Origin: Alphaproteobacteria bacterium
GTDB taxonomy: Bacteria; Pseudomonadota; Alphaproteobacteria; RF32; CAG-239
Assembly (NCBI GenBank): GCA_045603405.1
Contig: JAZUMA010000012.1
Coordinates: 74,306-138,305 of the forward strand
DNA: 64,000 bases
Reading direction: 5' to 3'
In this document: positions 8,034 through 17,642 of the stretch, one piece after another
Position numbering within the stretch: the stretch's first letter is position 1
Layout: each line of letters starts with the position of its first letter
The notes under the pieces: generated by a model
Database searches by the model: none
The model's input: the letters and a program-made list of their open reading frames with translations, nothing else
Told to the model about the DNA's origin: nothing
Made by a program: the position numbers and the translations under genes

Positions 8034-9329
8034 ATGTCTGGCGTTAAATGTTTTATTTTAGGTTTTTGTCTTTCTGTTTCCAGTATTGCATTATATACGC
8101 AAATGCACATTTCCTCAACATCACCAAAGAAAAACACATCAATACCCTATGTCTCTATTGATTTATTCAAAAGAAACGAAACTCACGTCAGATCCGTCGC
8201 TTTAGAAACATTATTTATACCTATACAAAAACAATCTCTTGAAATTAAAGAATCTGAAAGTTCTCAGAATTTTGCCGATGTATCTCTTGCCGAATCTTCG
8301 TCTGCTGACGGAATCGAAGATGATGAAATTTTAAGCATCAATATGGATGCAGATATTCCTATTGATTTTTCAACTTCAGAAAACGATGACGCACCGGCAG
8401 AGGTTGTCTTAAATGAAAAAGAAGAAGAAAAATTAGCCCTGTTACCGGAAGACGGTTTCGTGTCATCTGATGAAAAAATTGATAATTCTCCTTGGGCTGT
8501 TGCAAAAACCAGCAAAAGCATTAAAAACAAAAAATTGTTGGAAAAATTTGAAGAAACACCGAAAACGAACTTGTTTACTGAAACAATTACTCAAGTTGCA
8601 GAAAATGATGAAAACATCTCGTATAAGGTTGCTGAAAAAATTAAACAAAGTATCATCTTTCCGATACCTAATGAAATACTAAATGATGAAAATCTTACAC
8701 CGACTTTTATCAATAAAAATTCTTCTGCTACAAAGCCCGTCATTGAGTCCAGTACTAATACACCTGCAGTTCGTGTTACAAAGCCCAAACAAGCATCGGT
8801 CAGTAGCGCTAAAAAAGAAACAGATAAATCAATTTTAACAAGTCTATCTACTTGGTTCTCAGAACCTCCGACACCACAGAGGTCGTCTTCTTTATCTCTA
8901 AAGAAGGCTGCTCCTGCTTACACCAGTGAGCCTATCAAAATGTCCAGCACCTCTGATAGTTCTAAAATTACCCAAGCGGAACCATCAGACCTTGCTTCAT
9001 TTTATGCATCTTTACAACAAACAAAGAAAGAGCATACTCAAAGAAGAATTCTCCCTTCAGAGTTAAAACTCTCATTCCAGCCCGGACGTGCAGAAATTTC
9101 CGGATCAACACTACAGTGGCTTAAAATGTTTTCCGAGGCAACCTTTGGTGAAAACACTTATTTACAGGTCAGACTAGACTCTTCTGCATCAGATGAATTG
9201 CAAAAACGACGTCTAAACTTACTTTACACTATTTTTATGAATAACGGGGTTGATTTCAACAAAGTTGATACCGTCTTCTCCAGAGCTGAGCCAAACGCTT
9301 TCATTATTCGGATAATGAGGTATAAATAG
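8034..9329 (+). CDS. Membrane-anchored protein with long low-complexity linker and degenerate C-terminal OmpA/MotB-like domain
   Basis: N-terminal hydrophobic segment; acidic and Ser/Thr/Pro-rich middle; C-terminal LSFQPGRAEIS...LQKRRLNLLYTIFMNNGV pattern. Confidence 0.5.
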   Translation: MSGVKCFILGFCLSVSSIALYTQMHISSTSPKKNTSIPYVSIDLFKRNETHVRSVALETLFIPIQKQSLEIKESESSQNFADVSLAESSSADGIEDDEILSINMDADIPIDFSTSENDDAPAEVVLNEKEEEKLALLPEDGFVSSDEKIDNSPWAVAKTSKSIKNKKLLEKFEETPKTNLFTETITQVAENDENISYKVAEKIKQSIIFPIPNEILNDENLTPTFINKNSSATKPVIESSTNTPAVRVTKPKQASVSSAKKETDKSILTSLSTWFSEPPTPQRSSSLSLKKAAPAYTSEPIKMSSTSDSSKITQAEPSDLASFYASLQQTKKEHTQRRILPSELKLSFQPGRAEISGSTLQWLKMFSEATFGENTYLQVRLDSSASDELQKRRLNLLYTIFMNNGVDFNKVDTVFSRAEPNAFIIRIMRYK

Positions 9330-9377
9330 ATTTCTGAAAAAGAGTCCACAAATCGTTTTATAAATAAAGTGTTACGC

Positions 9378-9406
9378 TTGATTAATTATTTTTTAACATT
9401 TATTGT
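9378..9406 (+). promoter_or_regulatory. Putative promoter with CtrA-type box upstream of the pil operon
   Basis: TTGATT-N17-TATTGT; TTAA-N7-TTAAC at 9382..9397 overlaps the -35 and spacer. Confidence 0.45.
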
Positions 9407-9429
9407 AAGGGTGAGATTGTATTTAAAAG

Positions 9430-10353
9430 ATGAGTAAAATTATGAAAAAGAACATTTTATTATCGCTTTATATATTGTGTGCAGGTGCTCTTTCAGCCTG
9501 TAGCAGTTTTTCCGGTGAGAACAATGATGTTCCTCTGGTTGATGATGATATTGAAGTCATTGATGCAACTGTCGATGCAAATGAAAAATGCGGTGTTGAC
9601 GGCATCAGTTGCAGTGATACAGCCCAAATAAATTATACTAAAACAGAGGCTGATTATCGTGCCTATGGAGAAAGAACTAAAAGAGATCACTTGTATACAC
9701 AAGCGGGAATCGGTAATAATATAACGGCAACTGTTCCACCTTCAATTGAAGAGGATGTTGTTACAGAGTATGAACCTGATCCTGAGTTTGAACCACAGTA
9801 TGACGAGTTTGCACAAACAAATCCGCAAAATTTAGAACCACAATATCCGCTTAATAGTTATAGTGGCGTGATAACGCATCCCGGCTATCAAGTTTTTTGC
9901 CAACAAAATTGCAGTCAGTTTGCTAACATAGATGATAATAGTGTTTCCTCCGAATTTACGGAAGAATCGTTTGATATTGCCGACTATATTAAAAATAACG
10001 GCGGGGATGGTGAGAATATTGAATTCATAGAAATCGGTGAACAAAATGAAATAGTAGAAGTTGGTGAAAAAGGCGACCTTAATGCAGAAATTATGGTTTG
10101 GGATGCTAAAGAAGGTGATACACTGCGTGAACTTCTTACCAAGTGGAGTGCTCTTGCAGGATGGAAGTTGCTTTGGAATACGAATCGTAATTATACGTTG
10201 AGTGCCGGCGTTATGTTTAAAGGCAAATTCACAGATGTCAGTTCTGCACTTATTCGCGCGTTTGCCCGTGCCAGACCGGCGCCAATTGCGACATTTTATA
10301 AAGGGAATCGTGTAATTGTTGTTGAAACTATGGAGAATGAGAATGCGTACTAA
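9430..10353 (+). CDS. pilL: PilL-like lipoprotein with C-terminal TcpQ domain
   Basis: Lipobox LSAC; C-terminal WDAKEGDTLRELLTKWSALAGWKLLW...F.G.F..FYKGN; precedes the secretin. Confidence 0.72.
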   Translation: MSKIMKKNILLSLYILCAGALSACSSFSGENNDVPLVDDDIEVIDATVDANEKCGVDGISCSDTAQINYTKTEADYRAYGERTKRDHLYTQAGIGNNITATVPPSIEEDVVTEYEPDPEFEPQYDEFAQTNPQNLEPQYPLNSYSGVITHPGYQVFCQQNCSQFANIDDNSVSSEFTEESFDIADYIKNNGGDGENIEFIEIGEQNEIVEVGEKGDLNAEIMVWDAKEGDTLRELLTKWSALAGWKLLWNTNRNYTLSAGVMFKGKFTDVSSALIRAFARARPAPIATFYKGNRVIVVETMENENAY

Positions 10354-12004
10354 TAAAAGATATTCGATAGGACTTGCTTCTTTGTTATTGATGGGCATTG
10401 CCTCTTGTTCTCTGCCAACAGATTATGATGCCGCAATCGAACGTGATATTGATGCGACCATCCGCTATAAAGAAGATGCAAAAGTTCCTCAACCTAAAGA
10501 AGAAACAGACGTCATCCGTGTAAAAGATGATATTTGGCTCGGGGATACCAGTGAGATTGAGTATGAAGGCGATAAACCTTTGCCTGCATATTTGGAAACA
10601 GAAGATGGCGTTACTCTTGTCAGCAACAGACCTATCACGCTTTATGAAATCGGTAATATGATTAGTCAAATTTCTTCTATTAAGGTTAGATTTGCATCGC
10701 AGTTGGAAAGTTCGGCAAAGGCTGCTGCAGACAGAAATGCTCCGACAGTTAATAAAGTTGGTTCAAAGTGGTCAGATACATCAAGAATGCTTGTTTCTTA
10801 CAAAGGTTCTTTAAGCGGTCTGTTAGATGATGTCGGTTCGTATTTTGGTGTATGGTGGAAGTATGAAAATGGTGAAATTTATATTTATAAATACACAACA
10901 AAAACCTTTACCTTATATACTTTACCGACTAAACCTTCAATGACAGCGAGTGTCAGCAGTTCTACAGGTGGCGGATCTATTACCAATGGTTTATCTAATA
11001 TAGATTTGTGGAAAAATATTGTTGAAGCCGTTAAATCTATGTTAGGAACAGGTTCAAGTTTAGTTACTGATCCAATGAACGGAACTCTGACAATTACAGC
11101 AACTCCAACAGAAATCAAAAAAGTTGCGAAATATGTTCATGAACAGAACATTCGTTTATCGAGACAAGTTGCTATCAGTGTCAAAGTGTTAGAGGTTGAA
11201 GTTGATGAATCAAGAGGTTTTGGTTTTGATTTAGATGCAGCTTTCAAAGATCGTACAGCTGACGGCGGACATATCAGTTTGGGATCTTTATCTACTCCAG
11301 GTGGCTTAGACGTCGATGGTGATTTGGGCGCAAACTCTTCTTTATCAATGAAAATTGTTGGAGGGGAGGTTTCCATTGATGCAGCCATTCAAGCTTTAGC
11401 AAAACAAACAACAACTACACTTGTTACAAGCGGAACAGTAACAACGATGAACAATAAGCCGGCTCCGATTCAGGTTGTATCAAAGCAAAATTATATATCT
11501 GAAATAACAAAGACAAACAGCGGATCTACCGGTGATAATTATGATATATCCGTTGAAACAGATGAGATTGAGACCGGTTTTACGATGGATGTTCTACCGC
11601 GCATTATGGATCATGGTCGCTTAATGATGCTATTCAGTTTGAATCTCTCTAATTTACTCGGTATGGATAAAGTTTATCTGAACGGAGATACAGATGATGA
11701 TAATGATGAAGACGAAGACAGCAGTTCCGGCAGCTCAAAAGCTAAAGGAAGCTATGTACAAAGTCCTAGAACTGTTGAAAGAGGATTTTCACAAGAAATC
11801 AGCATGAAATCCGGTGATACACTTATCTTAGCCGGATATGAAAATGTAAATACAACCAGTAACAAAAAAGGAACAGGCGCAATTAACAATAATATTTTGG
11901 GCGGCGCCCAAGATTTAAAGAAGACAAGAACAGTTCTTGTTATTTTGTTAACTCCTGTTGTATTAGAATCACCTTTATTACCTGAATCTCGGATGAGATT
12001 TTAA
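10343..12004 (+). CDS. pilN: Type IVb pilus lipoprotein secretin (PilN/BfpB/TcpC family)
   Basis: Lipobox IASC; YKGSLSGLLD, RQVAISVKVLEV, TMNNKPAP, TGFTMDVLPRI, SGDTLILAGYE, VILLTPV. Confidence 0.88.
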   Translation: MRTNKRYSIGLASLLLMGIASCSLPTDYDAAIERDIDATIRYKEDAKVPQPKEETDVIRVKDDIWLGDTSEIEYEGDKPLPAYLETEDGVTLVSNRPITLYEIGNMISQISSIKVRFASQLESSAKAAADRNAPTVNKVGSKWSDTSRMLVSYKGSLSGLLDDVGSYFGVWWKYENGEIYIYKYTTKTFTLYTLPTKPSMTASVSSSTGGGSITNGLSNIDLWKNIVEAVKSMLGTGSSLVTDPMNGTLTITATPTEIKKVAKYVHEQNIRLSRQVAISVKVLEVEVDESRGFGFDLDAAFKDRTADGGHISLGSLSTPGGLDVDGDLGANSSLSMKIVGGEVSIDAAIQALAKQTTTTLVTSGTVTTMNNKPAPIQVVSKQNYISEITKTNSGSTGDNYDISVETDEIETGFTMDVLPRIMDHGRLMMLFSLNLSNLLGMDKVYLNGDTDDDNDEDEDSSSGSSKAKGSYVQSPRTVERGFSQEISMKSGDTLILAGYENVNTTSNKKGTGAINNNILGGAQDLKKTRTVLVILLTPVVLESPLLPESRMRF

Positions 12005-12009
12005 CAAAT

Positions 12010-13299
12010 ATGGGGGAAACTGTGGCAGAAGAAGAATACACCGGAATATCAAGTTCTGAGACATTAAGGGAAAACAGTAAAGAATGGGCATCCAGTTTTA
12101 CTGTCGATGGTGTTCCTTATGCTGCCAGCATTTTCTGGGAAAGTTTACAAAATGTCGATGCGCCATTTTTAGATGCTAAAGAGGCCGCAGAAAATGTTTT
12201 AATCGGTGCAGATTTATTCTGTGTTAAGCATGGCAAATCACCTCAGCTTGGTTTAGCTATTTCTACACAGGGATTTAAAAAAGGTATGAATGTTGCCGCT
12301 GTTACAGCAGCAACGGCTTTGAGTGATGCTACTTCTTTGTTGGCTGTATTTAAAGTTGATGCTGGGTATTGGTATTTATGTATAAGAAATGATGTTATTC
12401 TTTCTGACGGTGATGTTTTATTTGTTAAAGAAGATGATGCAAAAGAACAGTTTATGTCCATGTTGTCCGTGCCTGATTGGTCAAAAAAAATTGCGCCGGC
12501 AGAGTGGGGAATTGACGAAACGGAGCAAAAAAATATTTCTGAAGTTTTTGCTACCGGTTTAGATACAAAATTAGAAAAAATTAATGCCTTGCGCGGTACA
12601 GAATTGGCAATAGTTGTTGTTTTGTCGATTGTTGTCGGTATATTCTTGATAAATTATCTTTCAAAATTGTTATTCACGGCGCCTACGCCGGAGCAAAAAG
12701 TTATTACCCGTCGTGCACAGAAAAAAGTTGTTACAGAGGTGGTACAGGTTGTTCCTGCACCATGGGAATCGCTCATTGATCCGGCTTGGATGGTTGATAA
12801 TTGTCGCGAAAAGATTCTTTCTTTAATCAAGATATCCACACCGGGGTGGACGAATACCGGTGTTGCTTGTACACAATCCAGTGCCGTTACGTCCTGGCGT
12901 CGAGAATTTGGCAGACTTTCGTGGTTAGAATTAGCTTTAGCTTATTCTGGCTTAACTTTCACAAATAAGTCCGTTGATGCAAATGCTAACACAGTAACGG
13001 TTTCTTTGCCTTTTTCCCAGGCAAAAAAGATTAACTCCGCGCCAAAGAAAACAGCTGTTGAATTGCGTAATATGATAAATGACTTGTTTCAGACATTGAA
13101 TTTATCTATTTCTTTAGCAAATGGCAGTGTTCGTCTCGGCGATAAAACTTATTCTTATATAAAATTTAAAATGAATTCTAAATATGATCCAGAAGTTTGG
13201 AAGACCTTGTTAACAAAATTTTCAGGACTTCAGATTAATACTATATTGTACAATAAAGGCACTTGGAATTATGAGGGGACAATTTATGTTCAACAGTAA
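12010..13299 (+). CDS. pilO: Type IVb pilus accessory protein PilO
   Basis: Cytoplasmic N-domain (YAASIFW, YWYLCIRNDVILSDGD), one TM, periplasmic PAPW...C...GW...C; follows pilN. Confidence 0.75.
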   Translation: MGETVAEEEYTGISSSETLRENSKEWASSFTVDGVPYAASIFWESLQNVDAPFLDAKEAAENVLIGADLFCVKHGKSPQLGLAISTQGFKKGMNVAAVTAATALSDATSLLAVFKVDAGYWYLCIRNDVILSDGDVLFVKEDDAKEQFMSMLSVPDWSKKIAPAEWGIDETEQKNISEVFATGLDTKLEKINALRGTELAIVVVLSIVVGIFLINYLSKLLFTAPTPEQKVITRRAQKKVVTEVVQVVPAPWESLIDPAWMVDNCREKILSLIKISTPGWTNTGVACTQSSAVTSWRREFGRLSWLELALAYSGLTFTNKSVDANANTVTVSLPFSQAKKINSAPKKTAVELRNMINDLFQTLNLSISLANGSVRLGDKTYSYIKFKMNSKYDPEVWKTLLTKFSGLQINTILYNKGTWNYEGTIYVQQ

Positions 13300-14815
13300 T
13301 AGAAAATCAACTCTTTTGATGTTAGCTGTATTGTTTTTTTTATTAAATACAGTTAGCGTATCGGCACAAGAAACGGAGCTTTCTTCCATCAGCAACTCCG
13401 ATTTACCTATAAATGTTGCCAATCAAGTACAATCTGCGCAAAGTAGTGCTGTATCCGAAAAAAATACAGACTCATTAATATCTCCTTCGGATGCAAAAAT
13501 TGTTGCAGAATCGGAGCAAGTTGTTGCAGAGGAAAAAGTAAATCAAACAGAAGCTTCATCAACAGCCAAGGATGCAGATAAATCTGCGGATGCGTCTAAA
13601 GTTGTTCAGAAAATTGCAAAACAGACACCACAAGAAGATGTGCCTGCAAATAATGCCTCTGAGTTAAAAAATGAAGATTCATTTGATTTTGATTTGAAGA
13701 TGAAATCAGCTCAAGATCGTGAACAATCTTCTGAAGGCGCTCATGCTAAAAAAGCACCTGCTGATAACTCCTCAGAAAAAACAGAAGATATTGATTCAGA
13801 TGTAGTTACAAGCGTCCAATACAAAGTTAGTCCTGTCGAAAATTTAGGAAATAGTGTTTTATCGCGACTAGATGATGATTTGTTTTCGCAGATGTCTGAA
13901 ATCGAAAAAAGCACAACTTTATTAACGTTGGAATTACGTCGCGAAAAGATTCGTAACGAAATTGAAGCACAGAAGGCAATTCGTCGTAAAAATGCAGAGG
14001 AAATTGAAAGACAAAAAGCTGAAGAAAAATTAAAAGAATTAGAAAAAAGAAAACAAATAGAGGCACAAGTTATCAGGGAGCAACAGATTCTAGCTGATAA
14101 GGAACGGCTGATAGAGGTTCTGAAGCAGCGTAAATTGATTAATGCTTATATGAATCAAATGTTGGTTATGCAGCAGGATTGGCTAAAAGAAAAGGAAAGC
14201 CTTTACGCTCAATTAGACCAAGCTGATGAAGATAAAAAAGCAATTATAGCTTCCTTTAAACAAAAAATAGATAAGGTTTTAGAAGCTTCTGCAAAAAACA
14301 TTCAGGTTGCAGAAGAAGCTAAAGCTAATTTTGAACGTATTATTAAAGCTCTTAAAACGCGTAATGAACAGTTGAAAAAAAGAATAGAAGCTGATGCGCT
14401 CATTATTAAGAATGCCAAGAGCAGCCTTTATCTTAAGTCTCAATCTATTGAAGAATTAAAAGATAAAAATGCGGCACTAATGAATGCTGAAAGAGAAGCC
14501 TCAGCATCGGCAAAATTAGAGGAAGCTGTTGATGGCGACACTGAAGATTCTCCCGTTTTACTCAGTAGTGAATATGCAATCTTAGGTATTGTCGGCCAAG
14601 CTAATAAAATGTCTGTTGATTTAATTGATTCGCATGGTCAGTCTGTGTCTCTTAAAGTCGGATCATTTTTGCCCACCGGGCATATCGTCAGTGAAATCGG
14701 AGATGATTTTGTCAGATTTAATAAAGATGGTCATGATGATTATCTGTACATTGGAAGAAGTATTGATGGTATAACCCCAACGCTCGGATTACTCAAAGAT
14801 AGCGGCTCTAAATAA
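13286..14815 (+). CDS. PilP-like protein with long coiled coil
   Basis: Signal peptide, acidic linker, about 200-aa heptad region, C-terminal ILGIVG...LKVGSFLPTGHIVSEI beta domain; lies between pilO and pilQ. Confidence 0.6.
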   Translation: MFNSNRKSTLLMLAVLFFLLNTVSVSAQETELSSISNSDLPINVANQVQSAQSSAVSEKNTDSLISPSDAKIVAESEQVVAEEKVNQTEASSTAKDADKSADASKVVQKIAKQTPQEDVPANNASELKNEDSFDFDLKMKSAQDREQSSEGAHAKKAPADNSSEKTEDIDSDVVTSVQYKVSPVENLGNSVLSRLDDDLFSQMSEIEKSTTLLTLELRREKIRNEIEAQKAIRRKNAEEIERQKAEEKLKELEKRKQIEAQVIREQQILADKERLIEVLKQRKLINAYMNQMLVMQQDWLKEKESLYAQLDQADEDKKAIIASFKQKIDKVLEASAKNIQVAEEAKANFERIIKALKTRNEQLKKRIEADALIIKNAKSSLYLKSQSIEELKDKNAALMNAEREASASAKLEEAVDGDTEDSPVLLSSEYAILGIVGQANKMSVDLIDSHGQSVSLKVGSFLPTGHIVSEIGDDFVRFNKDGHDDYLYIGRSIDGITPTLGLLKDSGSK

Positions 14816-14844
14816 TTGTTTGGATTTTAGTTATGGTATAAAAA

Positions 14845-16506
14845 ATGGCAAATGAGATAAAAGAGCAAAACACAAAGGTTACTACAGAATCAGCATCTAA
14901 TTTCGAAGAAGATGATGCTCCTGTACAGCAAAGTAAAAAAAATAGTTTGTTTGATGAGTTATTTGCTAATAAGAATCGCCTTATAACTGTCAGTGGCTCT
15001 GATATTGCCATTTCCAATGAAACACGGCGTTTGGTAGCTTTGTTTTCTGATGGAACATACCTCGTTTCAAAAGATAATCGTTTTGATGGTGCTGTCTATA
15101 ATTTTGAAGCCAATGTCAAAAGAAGAAAAATTCCCATAAAAGCGCCTATTTATGTTACTTTAAATGAAATATCAGCAATTTATGCCTATGCTGAGCGCGG
15201 AGGTGGTACGGTTGATGTGTCTGCAGAAGAAGCAGCTGATATGCAGATGCAAATTGATTTTATTAATATAGTGCAAAGAGCTTCGCAAAAAAAAGTATCC
15301 GATATTCATATTATTGTCGGCTCTTCTTCAACTGTATTGTTCCGTGAGAACGGTATTATGGTCAAACAAAATGAATACGGCGGAGAATGGGGAGAAGCTT
15401 TTGTTCGATCTGTTTTTGCTTCTGCAGATATTTCAGATTCCAATTATTCTCAAAATGAATTTCAGGGGGCTCAAAAGTTGGGGGCTACACCATTACGCGG
15501 TTCTAACGGTAAATTAATGCTCCCCCACAATGTATTGGCAATTCGTTTACAATTTAACCCGATTGCTTTCGGTTCACAATATCTTGTTATGCGTCTTCTT
15601 TATGCTGACGATAATCCGGAAGGAAGTTCTGATTTACGTTCCTTGGGTCTTGGAAAATACGAGGAAGATTTATTCTATAAGATGCGGAGTATGGCTGTCG
15701 GAGTGAATGTTGTTGCCGGTCCTACAGGTTCCGGTAAATCGACAACCTTGCAGCGTAATATGATTAAATTATTGCAAGAAAAGAATTATCAAATCAACCT
15801 ATTAACAGTGGAAGATCCTCCGGAGTATCCAATTCCTGGTGCTCGGCAAATGCCGGTGACAAATGCGAACACAGAAGAAGAAAAAAATGAACAATTTACT
15901 AAAGCTTTATCTGCGGCTCTTCGTTCTGACCCTGATGTTGTTTTGGTTGGTGAGACACGTTCTTTATCAACGGCAGAGCTCACTTTTAAAGCAGCGCTTT
16001 CCGGCCACGGTGTTTGGACGACTTTGCATGCGAACTCTGCACCAGCTATTGTTACTCGTTTGCGCGATATGGGGATTCAATCTTATCTATTAAGCGACCC
16101 TGAAATTGTTAAAGGGTTAGTCTCGCAACGTTTATTTAGAAAATTATGTCCTGTTTGTAGGCAATCAATTAAAACTAAAGAGGGTTCTCCTGAGTTTAAT
16201 CGGCTTAAAAACGCCTTGGGAGAATATGGTATCGAAAATGTTTATATCAGCGGTCCGGGGTGTAAAGCTTGCGGTTATAAAGGATTTAAAGGCCGGATGG
16301 CCGTTGATGAAATTATTTTACCGGATTCACGTTTCCTTAAGCTGATGATTGATAGTGAAACGGCTAAAGCTATCGACTATTGGGTTAGTGAATTAAATGG
16401 AAGACCATTGAAAGATGCAGCTATAGAGCGTATGATTAAAGGAATGATTGATATGGACGAAGTGGAGCGTTGGTGCGGATTGATTGACCAACGTCCTGTT
16501 TACTAG
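14845..16506 (+). CDS. pilQ: Type IV pilus assembly ATPase (PilQ/PilB/GspE family)
   Basis: SDIHI, GPTGSGKST, TVEDPPEY, LRSDPDVVLVGETR, TTLHAN, CPVC/CKAC zinc motif. Confidence 0.93.
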   Translation: MANEIKEQNTKVTTESASNFEEDDAPVQQSKKNSLFDELFANKNRLITVSGSDIAISNETRRLVALFSDGTYLVSKDNRFDGAVYNFEANVKRRKIPIKAPIYVTLNEISAIYAYAERGGGTVDVSAEEAADMQMQIDFINIVQRASQKKVSDIHIIVGSSSTVLFRENGIMVKQNEYGGEWGEAFVRSVFASADISDSNYSQNEFQGAQKLGATPLRGSNGKLMLPHNVLAIRLQFNPIAFGSQYLVMRLLYADDNPEGSSDLRSLGLGKYEEDLFYKMRSMAVGVNVVAGPTGSGKSTTLQRNMIKLLQEKNYQINLLTVEDPPEYPIPGARQMPVTNANTEEEKNEQFTKALSAALRSDPDVVLVGETRSLSTAELTFKAALSGHGVWTTLHANSAPAIVTRLRDMGIQSYLLSDPEIVKGLVSQRLFRKLCPVCRQSIKTKEGSPEFNRLKNALGEYGIENVYISGPGCKACGYKGFKGRMAVDEIILPDSRFLKLMIDSETAKAIDYWVSELNGRPLKDAAIERMIKGMIDMDEVERWCGLIDQRPVY

Positions 16507-16516
16507 GAGAGGCGTT

Positions 16517-17638
16517 ATGGCTAAAAGAGAAGAAGAGAATCGTGGTACGTTTAATAAAGCGATGAAATCTCTCAGCTCGTTGGAGGTTTCTTACGCAAGG
16601 TTTCGCGTGGGAACATCGAGTAAAAAGCGTCTTAAAGTATATAAAAAGCTAGCATCTTTGCTTCGTAACCGTTTTTCTCTTATGAATGCTTTAGACGTTA
16701 TGTATGATAGTATTACGGATAACGGCAAACATTCCGGCGATCCGATGGCTATCGCTATTGCATCTTGGGGAAAATCACTGCAAAATGGTTTTGCTTTTTC
16801 TGATGCATTAAAAGGATGGGCGCCAAGCCGTGAGCGGCTAATGCTTTCTGTAGGTGATATGTCAGACTTAGAAGGAGCTTTACTTAATCTTATTCGTGTG
16901 GCAGAAGGAACAGATAGAATGTTAAAGCCTATTATCGGGGCTATTGCCTATCCGTCTTTTCTTCTACTTATGTCCGTATTAGTTGTTTGGGCAATAGGTG
17001 TGTATATGGTTCCACCGATGGAAGACGCCGCACCTGGTGTGCGATGGTCTGGTACTGCAAGAGATTTAGTTAATATCTCTCACTGGATTAGAGTTAATTG
17101 GTTGGTTGCTTTTTTATTCTTTCCTGTTTTGTTTATACTTATTTATGCGACCATTGGTATTTGGACCGGCCCAACGCGTAAAGCCATTGATGATTGCCCT
17201 CCTTGGTCTTTATATAAGATGTTTATGGGAATTACTTGGTTATTATCTTTATCTGCTCTTATAAAAGGAGGGGTTCCTATATCAGTTGCTTTATCTTCTT
17301 TAAGAAGAGATTCAAATCGTTATTTGCAAGAACGAATTGATCGTGCGATGGACTTTATAAAAAACGGTGATAATCTCGGGCAAGCTTTGTCTAAATCAAA
17401 ACTTAACTTTCCGGACAAGGATATTGTGGCTGATTTGCGCGTTTACTCAGAACTTGATAATTTTGAAGATGCCCTTGAGCGCTTAGCTAATGATTGGTTA
17501 GAAGAATCAGCTGAAGCTGTTGAAGCAAAAGCTTCCATCTTAAATATGATTGCCATGTTTGCGATTTCTGGTATTATTGCTTGGGCCGTATTCGGTGTTT
17601 TTGAAATGCAAGATCAAATCACGAATGCGATGGGATAA
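16517..17638 (+). CDS. pilR: Type IV pilus platform protein (PilR/GspF family)
   Basis: Two T2SSF repeats (FSDAL, AIAYP, GDNLGQAL, FPD), three TM segments; RBS AGGAG. Confidence 0.88.
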   Translation: MAKREEENRGTFNKAMKSLSSLEVSYARFRVGTSSKKRLKVYKKLASLLRNRFSLMNALDVMYDSITDNGKHSGDPMAIAIASWGKSLQNGFAFSDALKGWAPSRERLMLSVGDMSDLEGALLNLIRVAEGTDRMLKPIIGAIAYPSFLLLMSVLVVWAIGVYMVPPMEDAAPGVRWSGTARDLVNISHWIRVNWLVAFLFFPVLFILIYATIGIWTGPTRKAIDDCPPWSLYKMFMGITWLLSLSALIKGGVPISVALSSLRRDSNRYLQERIDRAMDFIKNGDNLGQALSKSKLNFPDKDIVADLRVYSELDNFEDALERLANDWLEESAEAVEAKASILNMIAMFAISGIIAWAVFGVFEMQDQITNAMG

Positions 17639-17642
17639 ACCT

